A program made the translations under genes and the position numbers. The notes beneath the pieces are model-generated. The model saw nothing but the letters and a program-made list of their open reading frames with translations, did not search any database and was not told the DNA's origin. A DNA stretch of 64,000 nt, from contig CAVVTP010000011.1 in assembly GCA_963751165.1 (NCBI GenBank), positions 164,995 to 228,994 of the forward strand, in the 5' to 3' direction. The DNA is from an uncultured Alphaproteobacteria bacterium. GTDB taxonomy: Bacteria; Pseudomonadota; Alphaproteobacteria; Rhizobiales; Beijerinckiaceae. Within the stretch, counting starts at the first letter, position 1; each line of letters opens with the position of its first letter. Positions 29,464 through 38,424 of the stretch are shown here, piece by piece.

Positions 29464-31277
29464 ACGATTTCGTCATTCGGTTCGCCAACGTCAACGGCTC
29501 CGGCTCGGCGAGCGCCAATCTCCTGTTCGCCCGGTCGATCCTGCGCATGGGCGTGCCGATCGCGCCGCGCAACATCTTCCCGTCCAATATCCAGGGCCTG
29601 CCGACCTGGTACGAGGTTCGAGTCAGCGAGCGCGGCTGGCTCGGCGCGCGCGGCGGCGCCGACATGCTGGTCGCGATGAACCCGCAGACTTTCGTTCAGG
29701 ACATCGCCGCGCTCAACTCCGGCGGCTATCTCTTCTACGATTCGACCCGCCCGCTGCCGCCCGCCGTATCGCGTGACGACATCGTGACGCTCGGCATGCC
29801 GCTCACCGAGATCTGCACCGCGCAATACCGAGACCCGCGGCAGCGCCAGCTCTTCCGCAACATCATCTATGTCGGCGCCCTCGCCGCGCTTCTCGACATC
29901 GACCTCGGCGTCATGGAGAAGCTCGCCGCCGAACAGTTCAAAGGCAAGGAGAAGCTGATCGAGGCCAACCAGCGGGCGCTGCGCCTCGGCCACGAGGAGG
30001 CGAGATCACGCTTCGCTTGCCCGCTCGACATTCGCGTCAGGCGCAGCGAGGCGGTCGGCGACCGTATCCTCGCCGAAGGCAATTTCGCCGCCGCGCTCGG
30101 CGCGGTCTACGGCGGAGCGACGGTCTGCGCGTGGTATCCGATCACGCCGTCGACCTCGGTCGCCGAGGCGTTCGAGCGCCACTGTGCGCGCTTTCGCATC
30201 GACGCGACGGGGAAGAAAAACTATGCCATCCTCCAGGCAGAGGACGAGATCGCGGCGATCGGGATGGTCGTCGGCGCCGGTTGGAACGGCGCGCGCGCCT
30301 TCACCGCCACCTCCGGTCCCGGCATCTCGCTGATGCAGGAGTTTTTCGGCCTCGCCTATTTCGCCGAAGTTCCGGTCGTGGTGTTCGACGTGCAGCGCGG
30401 CGGGCCATCAACCGGCATGCCGACCCGGACCCAGCAGTCGGATCTCCTGTCCTGCGCGTTCGCCTCCCACGGCGACACCAAGCACGTGCTGCTCATTCCC
30501 GACGACCCCAACGAAGTGTTCGAATTCGCCGCGCGGGCGTTCGATCTCGCCGAGCGACTGCAAACGGTCGTCTTCGTCATGCTCGACCTGGACCTCGGCA
30601 TGAATTCGCATCTCTGCGCGCCATTCAGATGGGATGACGCCCGGACTTACGACCGCGGCAAGGTGCTCTCGTTCGAGGAACTGGAAAAGGCGCCGAATTT
30701 CGGGCGCTACGACGATGTCGACGGCGACGGAATTCCTTATCGGACGCTGCCCGGCGGCCATCCGACGCGCGGCGCCTATTTCACCCGCGGCACCAGCCGC
30801 GATCGCTTTGCACGCTACACTGAGGAAGGCCTGCCCTATATCGACAACATGGAGCGGCTGGAGCACAAATTCGAGACCGCGCGCGCGATGCTGCCGCGGC
30901 CGGTCCTCAAGCGGGCGACGAAGCCGACGCGAATTGGCGTTCTGCATTATGGATCGACCGCCGCGCCGATGGACGAAGCCCAGCAGATGCTGGCTGGCGA
31001 GGGTCTTCATGTCGACACCCTCCGTATCCGCGCGTTTCCGCTGCCGCGCGAGGTCGCCGAATTCATCGACAGCCATGATCGGATCTTCGTGGTCGAGCAG
31101 AATCGCGACGCACAGATGCGCACGCTCATTTCGACCGATCTTGGCGTCGCCACGGACCGATGGACGCCGGTCCTCCACTTTAACGGTATGCCGACCTCCG
31201 CCCGTTTCATCCATCGCGAAATCGCCGCGTGCTTGCGCAAGCCGGTCGCCCCGCAACTTCTCGAGGCCGTCAAGTGA
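29445..31277 (+). CDS. korA: 2-oxoglutarate/2-oxoacid:ferredoxin oxidoreductase alpha subunit (fused gamma-alpha)
   Basis: 610 aa. Pyruvate-flavodoxin/ferredoxin oxidoreductase N-terminal and core domains (GNFAAALGAVYGGATVCAWYPITPST). Followed by a TPP-binding beta subunit. Confidence 0.8.
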   Translation: MPIQAVNDFVIRFANVNGSGSASANLLFARSILRMGVPIAPRNIFPSNIQGLPTWYEVRVSERGWLGARGGADMLVAMNPQTFVQDIAALNSGGYLFYDSTRPLPPAVSRDDIVTLGMPLTEICTAQYRDPRQRQLFRNIIYVGALAALLDIDLGVMEKLAAEQFKGKEKLIEANQRALRLGHEEARSRFACPLDIRVRRSEAVGDRILAEGNFAAALGAVYGGATVCAWYPITPSTSVAEAFERHCARFRIDATGKKNYAILQAEDEIAAIGMVVGAGWNGARAFTATSGPGISLMQEFFGLAYFAEVPVVVFDVQRGGPSTGMPTRTQQSDLLSCAFASHGDTKHVLLIPDDPNEVFEFAARAFDLAERLQTVVFVMLDLDLGMNSHLCAPFRWDDARTYDRGKVLSFEELEKAPNFGRYDDVDGDGIPYRTLPGGHPTRGAYFTRGTSRDRFARYTEEGLPYIDNMERLEHKFETARAMLPRPVLKRATKPTRIGVLHYGSTAAPMDEAQQMLAGEGLHVDTLRIRAFPLPREVAEFIDSHDRIFVVEQNRDAQMRTLISTDLGVATDRWTPVLHFNGMPTSARFIHREIAACLRKPVAPQLLEAVK

Positions 31278-32329
31278 GCTACCTCGCCAAGCCAAAGTTT
31301 CACCACCCGGCGATCCCGAGCAACGCGCTCGGCTTCACCCGCCGCGACTACGAAGGCTCGATGTCGACGCTCTGCGCCGGCTGCGGCCACGACTCGATCA
31401 CCGCGGCGATTGTGCACGCCTGTTTCGAGCTCGCCCTGCCGCCTCACCGCATCGCGAAGCTCAGCGGCATCGGCTGCTCGTCCAAGACGCCGACTTACAT
31501 GCTCGGCCAGAGCCACGGCTTCAACTCGGTGCATGGGCGCATGCCGTCTGTGTTGACCGGCGCCAATCTCGCCAACCGCGAGCTCGTGTATCTTGGCGTT
31601 TCCGGCGACGGCGACACGGCCTCAATTGGGTTCGGCCAGTTCGCCCATGTGATGCGTCGCGGCGTCAACATGGTCTATATCGTCGAGAATAACGGCGTCT
31701 ACGGCCTCACCAAAGGGCAGTTCTCGGCGACCGCCGATCGCGGTTCGAAAAGCAAGAAGGGCGTGCGCGCCGCCGATGAGCCAATCGACCTCGTCGCCGT
31801 CGCGATCCAGCTCGGCGCGACCTTCGTGGCGCGCAGTTTTTCGGGCGACAAGGCGCAGCTCGTGCCGTTGATCAAGGCGGCGTTCGAGCATCGCGGCGCC
31901 GCCTTCATCGACGTCATTTCGCCCTGCGTCACCTTCAACAACCACGAGGGCTCGACCAAGAGCTACGACTACGTGCGCGAGCACAATATTGCGGTCAGCT
32001 CGCTCGACTTTATCACCGGCAAGGAAGCGATCGCGATCGACTACCCCGAGGGCGCGGCCCATCCGGTGACGATGCACGATGGAACGACCCTTGTCTTGCG
32101 CAAGCTCGACGCCACTCATGACCTCGGAGACCGAGCGGCGGCACTGACCATGCTTGCAGGCTGCCGCGCTACCGGCGAGATCCCGACGGGCCTCATCTAC
32201 GTCGACCGGGAGGCCGAGGAGTTGCACGACACCATGAACACGACGCTGCGCCCACTGAACGAACTGACCGAAGCCGAGCTTTGTCCCGGCTCCAAGGCGC
32301 TCGGGGCGATCAACGCGTCGATGAGGTGA
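31274..32329 (+). CDS. korB: 2-oxoglutarate/2-oxoacid:ferredoxin oxidoreductase beta subunit (TPP-binding)
   Basis: GTG at 31274 overlaps the korA stop (GTGA). CAGCGH...GIGCSS...GDGDTASIG...YIVENNGVYGLTKGQ TPP motifs. Confidence 0.8.
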   Translation: MSYLAKPKFHHPAIPSNALGFTRRDYEGSMSTLCAGCGHDSITAAIVHACFELALPPHRIAKLSGIGCSSKTPTYMLGQSHGFNSVHGRMPSVLTGANLANRELVYLGVSGDGDTASIGFGQFAHVMRRGVNMVYIVENNGVYGLTKGQFSATADRGSKSKKGVRAADEPIDLVAVAIQLGATFVARSFSGDKAQLVPLIKAAFEHRGAAFIDVISPCVTFNNHEGSTKSYDYVREHNIAVSSLDFITGKEAIAIDYPEGAAHPVTMHDGTTLVLRKLDATHDLGDRAAALTMLAGCRATGEIPTGLIYVDREAEELHDTMNTTLRPLNELTEAELCPGSKALGAINASMR

Positions 32330-32379
32330 GGGACGCTCAGCTGCCCTCAAGCCGGAGCAAAGCCCTCGGCGGAGTAGTC

Positions 32380-33408
32380 ATGACGAGCGTTCAAGCCGTC
32401 GTTGGCGCCTCGCTTCTCATAATGGCGCTCCTATTGGGGTTTCCGGTCGCGGCTTCGGCCGAGGAGCCGTTGTACGGCCCCGAGCTTCAGGGCTTCGACT
32501 ATCCCTGGCCGGTGTACGACTTCGCCTTTTCGTCGCAGGGCGAGGCGATGACCATGCGCTACATGGACGTGTCCCCGACCGGCGCGCCGAACGGCCGGAC
32601 GGCCGTCGTCCTGCACGGCAAGAACTTCTGCTCGGCGAGCTGGGAGCAGACGATCATAGCGCTGAGCGGCAAGGGCTATCGGGTGATCGCGCCGGACCAG
32701 ATCGGCTTCTGCAAGTCGACCAAGCCCGAGCGCTACCAATACAGCTTCCAGGCGCTGGCCGAGAACACCCACGCGCTGCTCGCCTTGCTCGGCGTCAAGG
32801 ACGCCGTGGTGATCGGCCACTCGACCGGCGGCATGCTCGCGGCGCGCTACGCGCTCATGTATCCGAAGGACGTCTCGGCGCTCGTTCTCGTCGATCCGAT
32901 CGGGCTCGAGGACTGGAAAGCGCTCGGCGTTCCGGCGCTGACCGTCGATCGATGGATCGATCGGGAGAAGGGCCTGACCGCCAAGCGCCTCCGGGCCTAC
33001 GAGCAGTCGACCTATTACGCCGGCGAATGGCGCCCCGAATACGAGCGGTGGGTCGCGATGCTCGCGGGCCTCGCGCAGGGAGCGGGGCGCGACATCGTCG
33101 CCCGCAACGCGGGGCTGATCGACGACATGATCTACACCCAGCCGGTCGTCTACGAGTTCCCGCTGCTCGAGGTCCCGACGATCCTGATGATCGGCGACAA
33201 GGACACGACCGCGATCGGCAAGGACTTTTCGCCCCCCGACGTGCGCGCGCGCCTCGGGCACTACCCGGAGCTGGCGCAGAGGACGAAAGCCGCCATTCCG
33301 GGCAGCGAGCTCATCGAATTCCCCGAGGCCGGACACGCCCCGCAAATCCAGGAGCCAGAAAAGTTCAACGCCGCTCTTCTCGGCGCGCTCGAGAAGGTTC
33401 CCCGCTGA
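32380..33408 (+). CDS. Secreted alpha/beta-fold hydrolase
   Basis: Signal peptide MTSVQAVVGASLLIMALLLGFPVAASA. GHSTGG nucleophile elbow. C-terminal His. Confidence 0.7.
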   Translation: MTSVQAVVGASLLIMALLLGFPVAASAEEPLYGPELQGFDYPWPVYDFAFSSQGEAMTMRYMDVSPTGAPNGRTAVVLHGKNFCSASWEQTIIALSGKGYRVIAPDQIGFCKSTKPERYQYSFQALAENTHALLALLGVKDAVVIGHSTGGMLAARYALMYPKDVSALVLVDPIGLEDWKALGVPALTVDRWIDREKGLTAKRLRAYEQSTYYAGEWRPEYERWVAMLAGLAQGAGRDIVARNAGLIDDMIYTQPVVYEFPLLEVPTILMIGDKDTTAIGKDFSPPDVRARLGHYPELAQRTKAAIPGSELIEFPEAGHAPQIQEPEKFNAALLGALEKVPR

Positions 33409-33559
33409 CGCTTTTCATGGAGTGGAGTGCGGCCAGACAAAGCGGCGCGCGCGCATGGCCTCGCTAGACCTTGCCCGCTTGATTGACCACGCTTCGCTCC
33501 GGGCGATAGCCTCGTAAGGCGGGTTTGAAACGACCGGCGTCGGCTCCTGGAGGACTGTC

Positions 33560-34636
33560 ATGAAGCCGCTTCTAGCAGCAGCGTTTGCCGCACTCGCGCT
33601 CAACGGGGCCGGAATGACGCAGGCGCAGCAGACGATAAATTATCCGGCCCCAAGAGAAGGCAATTGGGTCGCAAAGGACTTCAAATTTCACACCGGTGAA
33701 GTCATGAGCGGCCTCAACGAGCATTATTGGTCAGTTGGCGATCCATCTGGCGAGCCCGTCTTGATTCTGCACGGAACGACGCAATCCGGAGCCAGCCTTT
33801 TGAATCCGAATTTCGCGGGTCAGCTTTTCGGGCCTGGACAGCCGCTCGACGCGACGAAATATTTTATCGTTCTGCCCAATTCGATCGGCGCGGGAAAATC
33901 GGCCAAGCCGTCGGACGGCCTTCGCGCGAGATTCCCTCGATACGACTACGACGACATGGTGTCGGCTCAATATAGGCTCGTCACCGAAGGCCTGGGTCTC
34001 CACCACTTGCGGCTCGTCATGGGTAATTCGATGGGCGGCATGCACGTCTGGCTCTGGGGCGAGCAGCATCCGGAGTTTATGGATGCCCTGGCGCCGATGG
34101 CCTCTCTCCCGACCGAGTTGTCGGGGCGGAACTGGTTGATGCGGCGCTATCTGATCGAGGCCGTTCGCAATGACCCGACCTACGATAACGGGAATTACAT
34201 CGTTCAACCGCCATCGCTCCGGTTTGCCGCGATGCTGTTCAACACCGGCACGACCGGGGGCGATCTAGGATGGTCCAGGCGCGCTCCAACCCGCGCCGCA
34301 GCAGATGAACTCGTCGAAGAAGCTCTTGCAGCTCCCTCCGCCTACCCGGATGCAAATGACTACATTTATCAGTGGCGATCGAGCTCCGACTACGACGCCT
34401 CACGCCAACTCGAACGCATCCACGCTTCCCTGCTGGCGATCAACTCGTCGGATGACGAACGCAATCCGCCCGGGCTCGGAATCATGGAGCGTGAGATCAA
34501 ACGGGTAAAGAACGGCAGCTATTACCTCATACCGGCAAGTCCAGAGACTTTCGGCCATGGCACGACAGCCTTCGCAAAATTCTATGCGAAGCAGCTTCAA
34601 GACTTTCTTCAGAAAGCGCCGCATCGTAGAGTGTAA
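33560..34636 (+). CDS. Secreted alpha/beta-fold hydrolase (homoserine-acetyltransferase-like fold), in a lower-GC patch
   Basis: Signal peptide MKPLLAAAFAALALNGAGMTQA. GNSMGG nucleophile motif. GC content of this gene is visibly lower than its surroundings. Confidence 0.65.
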   Translation: MKPLLAAAFAALALNGAGMTQAQQTINYPAPREGNWVAKDFKFHTGEVMSGLNEHYWSVGDPSGEPVLILHGTTQSGASLLNPNFAGQLFGPGQPLDATKYFIVLPNSIGAGKSAKPSDGLRARFPRYDYDDMVSAQYRLVTEGLGLHHLRLVMGNSMGGMHVWLWGEQHPEFMDALAPMASLPTELSGRNWLMRRYLIEAVRNDPTYDNGNYIVQPPSLRFAAMLFNTGTTGGDLGWSRRAPTRAAADELVEEALAAPSAYPDANDYIYQWRSSSDYDASRQLERIHASLLAINSSDDERNPPGLGIMEREIKRVKNGSYYLIPASPETFGHGTTAFAKFYAKQLQDFLQKAPHRRV

Positions 34637-34774
34637 TGTTAGGGCCTGTCTTCATTTGATTTGAGAACGGATTGGAATCGGAGGCGGAACGTTTTGTGTT
34701 TTGGATAGGAGAGGGATTGCCAAATCAGCAAATGTCTGACTCGTGAGCGGTCGGCCTTCAGGAGGGGCTGACCG

Positions 34775-35110
34775 ATGCGACGATATTCCCTGCGCGACGA
34801 CCAGTGGGATCGGATCAAGGACATTCTGCCGGGCCGCGAAGGCCATGTGGGCGGCACGGCGGCGGACAATCGGCTGTTCGTCGAAGCTGTTCTTTTCAGG
34901 TTTCGAGCCGGTGTTCCGTGGCGTGATCTGCCCGAGCGCTTCGGCGACTGGAAGATCGTCTACCAGCGCTTCAACCGATGGGCCAAGAGCGGCGTTTTCG
35001 AGCGGGTTTTCAAGCTCTTGGCCAACGACCACGACAACGAGTACATGATGATCGACGCCACCATCGTGCGCGCTCATCAGCATAGCGCGGGCGCCCAAAA
35101 AAAGAGGGCG
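34775..35110 (+). CDS. IS5-family (IS427 group) transposase OrfA, with a programmed-frameshift motif CCCAAAAAAAG
   Basis: MRRYSLRDDQWDRIKDILPGREGHVGGTAADNRLFVEAVLFRFRAGVPWRDLPERFGDWKIVYQRFNRWAKSGVFE is the classic IS427-group OrfA. Confidence 0.8.
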
Positions 35111-35386
35111 CGCAAGCCATCGGCCGATCCCGCGGCGGATTGACCACCAAAATCCACGCGGTTGTCGATGCCCTCGGCAATCCCGTCGGGATCATGCTAA
35201 GCCCGGGCCAGGATCATGATCTGACTTGCGCCGAAGCTCTGATCGAAGCCCTCGACCCCCACGCTCTGATCGCCGACAAGGCCTTCGACGCCGACTCCTT
35301 CATCTGAAGTGGCCCCGGTTTTTGGGACCACTGGCCTGGTTGGAGGAAGTCTGCTCCGAATGGGATAGGACGGAGCGGAGCATGAC

Positions 35387-35669
35387 GAAGACGAGACGGA
35401 AGATTGACGCGGCGCTGAAGGCGAAGATCGCGCTGGAGGCGCTGCGCGAACAAGCGACGGTAACCGACCTGGCGCAGCGCCATCAGGTTCATCCCAACCA
35501 GATTTACGCCTGGAAGAAGCAGCTGCTGGACCATGCGGCGCGGGCGTTTGATCCGAAGGTTGGTGTGGACGCGGAGGCGGCGTCGGCGCGCGAGATCGAG
35601 AAGCTTCACGCCAAGATTGGCCAGCTGACGATCGAGAACGATTTTTTCGTCAGGAGGTTCGGCAAATGA
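35387..35669 (+). CDS. IS3-family transposase OrfA (HTH)
   Basis: [49 protein letters not shown]... with a leucine-zipper end. Confidence 0.8.
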
Positions 35670-36262
35670 GCGCGTCGAACCGTCGAGCTAAGCTCGATCG
35701 CCATCACCCCGATTTATCGGTACGCCGACAATGCGCAATGCTCGGCGTGGCGCGCTCGGGCGTCTATCGCGAACTGCGACCGGCCAACGACAACGACCTT
35801 GAGGCGATGCGGCGCATTGACGTGCTGTTCACCGCACGGCCGTTCTTCGGCGCCCGGCGTATTGCGCGGACGCTGACGGAGGAGGGTTTTGCGATCGACC
35901 GCAAGCGCGTACGGCGGCTGATGCGGCTGATGGGGATCGAGGCGCTCGGGCCGAAGCCGAGGACGAGCAAGCCCGCGCCGGGGCACAAGATTTATCCCTA
36001 CCTCCTGCGCGACATGACGATCGAGCGGTCGAACCAGGTCTGGGCGGCCGATATAACGTACATCCCGATCGGCCGGGGCTTCCTCTATCTGGTCGCGGTC
36101 ATCGACTGGGCGAGCCGGGCTGTTCTCTCCTGGCGGCTCTCTAACACGATGGACGCCTCGTTCTGCCTTACTGCGCTGGAAGAAGCACTGGCCAGATACG
36201 GCAAGCCGGAGATTTTCAACACCGACAGTCAGAGGATAACCGCCAGTTTCCGGGCGGCCTGA
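35666..36262 (+). pseudogene. IS3-family transposase OrfB (integrase core), N-terminal 190 aa, truncated by the IS110 insertion after ...EIFNTD
   Basis: The rve-domain N-terminal region ends abruptly. The continuation QGSQFTAAAF... is found at 37608. Confidence 0.7.
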
Positions 36263-37607
36263 CTCAAACACCGATCGACCGACTGGTAGGCTGGCGCCGC
36301 GAGGCGCCCGGTGCGGTCTGACCCGCACTCCGATCGACCGGCCGTGTCTTTCCCCGGACCTGTCGGCCGCCCGGGAACACCTCGCGGTGAGGCTTTGCCT
36401 CGCCGATGCCTGTGACCCGAGAAGGGCCTGACCTCCATGGTCTCGTGACTGTCCTGTCCGCGCATTCGGTCCCGGCAAAGCCATTCGTGCACGACAAGCC
36501 GGAGGCTGGGAATGGCGATCATCGAAGGGCAGGCGCGTCGTATCGTCGGCGGCGTCGATACGCACAAGGATCTTCACGTCGCAGCAGTCGTGGATGAGCA
36601 GGATCGCGTTCTCGGAACGCGGTCGTTCGCCACGACCCGACAAGGCTATCGCCAGATGCTGGCCTGGATGCAATCCTTCGGCGAGTTGCGCCGCATCGGA
36701 ATCGAATCGACCGGCAGTTACGGCGCAGGGCTTTTGCGCTTCATGCAGCAGGCGAAGGTTCCGGTGCTGGAGGTCACCACCCCCGACAAGCAGGATCGAC
36801 GTCGGCGCGGCAAGAACGACGATCTCGACGCCCAGAATGCCGCTCACGCCGCCTTTGCAGGCCAGCGGACCGTGACCCCGCGAAGCCGGGACGGCATGAT
36901 TGAATCCTTACGGATTCTGACGGCTTGCCGGAGGACGGCGGTCAGCGCCAGGCGCGTCGCCCTGCAAATGATCCATAACACGATCGTGTGCGCCCCTGAC
37001 GGCCTGCGCGATCAACTGCGCGGCCTGACGCGCATGCAGCTCGTCCGGACGTTGGCGTCCTCGCGGCCGGATCTGACAGCCTATCGCGATCTGGATTCCG
37101 CCTATCGCATCGGCCTCAAGTCTCTCGCGCGGCGTTACCTCGAGCTGCACGACGAGATTGCGGACCTCGACGCCATGATCGCCGCCATCGTCGACGAGCT
37201 GGCGCCAAACCTCGTCGCGCGTAATTCGATCGGCCATGTCGGAGCCGCTCAGCTTCTCCTTACGGCCGGCGACAATCCCGAGAGATTGCGCTCGGAATCC
37301 AGTTTCGCGTCGCTGTGTGGCGTGAGTCCGGTTCCTGCATCCTCGGGAAAAACGGTCAGGCATCGGCTCAACCGCGGCGGAGATCGCGCCGCCAACAGCG
37401 CGCTCCACATCATCGCCATCGGACGCCTGCGGACCGACCAGAAAACGAAAGACTATGTCGCTCGCCGGATCGCCGAGGGACATTCCAAACTCGACGCCAT
37501 ACGCGCTTTGAAGCGCTACCTCGCCAGAGAAATCTTCACACTCATCATCCAACGACGCAGAGAGATCAACGCCACCCAAATCGCCGCTTGACAAACAGAA
37601 GGGCGTC
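36227..37607 (+). mobile_element. IS110-family insertion sequence (about 1.38 kb, no IRs) inserted into the IS3 orfB
   Basis: Boundaries inferred from the break in IS3 OrfB (NTD | QGSQFT). Carries an intact 359-aa IS110 transposase. Confidence 0.65.
36512..37591 (+). CDS. IS110-family transposase
   Basis: N-terminal DEDD domain (VGGVDTHKDLHVAAVVD) and C-terminal ...SGKTVRHRLNRGGDRAANSALHIIAIGRLR motif. Confidence 0.85.
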   Translation: MAIIEGQARRIVGGVDTHKDLHVAAVVDEQDRVLGTRSFATTRQGYRQMLAWMQSFGELRRIGIESTGSYGAGLLRFMQQAKVPVLEVTTPDKQDRRRRGKNDDLDAQNAAHAAFAGQRTVTPRSRDGMIESLRILTACRRTAVSARRVALQMIHNTIVCAPDGLRDQLRGLTRMQLVRTLASSRPDLTAYRDLDSAYRIGLKSLARRYLELHDEIADLDAMIAAIVDELAPNLVARNSIGHVGAAQLLLTAGDNPERLRSESSFASLCGVSPVPASSGKTVRHRLNRGGDRAANSALHIIAIGRLRTDQKTKDYVARRIAEGHSKLDAIRALKRYLAREIFTLIIQRRREINATQIAA

Positions 37608-37976
37608 CAAGGCAGCCAGTTCACCGCCGCCGCCTTCACCGGCGCGTTGCTCGAGGCTGGCGTGCGCATCTCGATGGACGGGCGCGGCCGCTGGATGGAC
37701 AACGTCTTCATCGAACGCGTCTGGCGCTCGCTGAAGTATGAGGATATCTATCTCAAGGGCTACGCCGACGGCCGCGAGGCGAAAGCCGGGATCGGCGAAT
37801 ATTTCGCCTTCTACAACGAGCGTCGTCTTCATCAGGCGCACGGCTACCGCGCCCCAATGGCCGTCTGGCGCGACGGCGCGGTCCGGACCCGTGGACATGT
37901 GGACAACGCTGACGCGTTGACCACAGGCCCACAGGCAGAGCAGAATCAGCAGCAGACAGAACCCTTGGCGGCTTGA
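37608..37976 (+). pseudogene. IS3-family OrfB C-terminal part (continuation after the IS110 insertion)
   Basis: QGSQFTAAAFTGALLEAGVRISMDGRGRWMDNVFIERVWRSLKYEDIYLKGY...YNERRLHQAHGYRAP is the DDE C-terminal region. Confidence 0.7.
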
Positions 37977-38109
37977 TAAAGGACAACCAGCAGACGGTCT
38001 TCCAACTTAACCGCCGCCAAAAACGGTCCCGCTGCGCGGGGCCACTTCAATCAGCGCCCTCAATGCTCGAGCGATCACCCCAGTCATCCCACCCAAATCA
38101 AACCGAAAA

Positions 38110-38342
38110 ACCCCCCGCCCGTGCGATTTCATCCTCTACTGCGAACGCAATCTCATTGAGCGTTTCTTCAACAAGCTCAAACATTTCCGCGCCATTGCCA
38201 CGCGCTACGACAAGCTCGATAAGATTTTCCTCGCCGGGGTTCAACTCGCCTGCGCCGTCATCCTCCTTAACGAACACAGGCCCTACCTGGAGCGAAACCT
38301 CAAACGCTGCCCGGGCGCCGCTTGCGGTCGCCTTACCGCAAC
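38110..38342 (+). pseudogene. C-terminal fragment of the IS5-family transposase OrfB, separated from its N-terminus by the nested IS3 element
   Basis: Frame reads YCERNLIERFFNKLKHFRAIATRYDKLDKIFLAGVQLACAVILLNEHRPY with no start codon. Confidence 0.6.
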
Positions 38343-38424
38343 AGCTTGAACGCGTGCGGCGACCAGTCGCCCCGACCCACGCCCGGAATGCACCACAGCA
38401 TGCAAAGCGGCTCGATCGCCCTAG
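38333..38424 (-). pseudogene. 3' end (...RAIEPLCMLWCIPGVGRGDWSPHAFKLLR*) of a COG2085 NADP-dependent oxidoreductase gene, cut off by the IS1380 insertion
   Basis: The frame continues exactly from the 5' part at 40063 across the IS, giving ...GAVEAA|RAIEPLCMLW. Confidence 0.65.

Larger units (their letters stand above)
35305..38050 (+). mobile_element. IS3-family insertion sequence nested inside the IS5 element and itself interrupted by an IS110-family element
   Basis: Left IR TGAAGTGGCCCCGG at 35305. Right IR CCGGGGCCACTTCA (reverse complement) at about 38037-38050. OrfA and OrfB are typical of IS3. Confidence 0.7.
34683..38315 (+). mobile_element. IS5-family (IS427-group) insertion sequence, interrupted at about 35305 by a nested IS3/IS110 insertion. 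Ends are approximate.
   Basis: OrfA at 34775 with an A7G slippery site at 35098-35105. The transposase C-terminus (...YCERNLIERFFNKLKHFRAIATRYDKLDKIFLAGVQLACAVILLNEHRPY) resumes at about 38110 after the IS3 right IR. Candidate IRs CGTTTTGTGTTTTGGATAGGAGAGGG / CCCTACCTGGAGCGAAACCTCAAACGCT. Confidence 0.6.
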
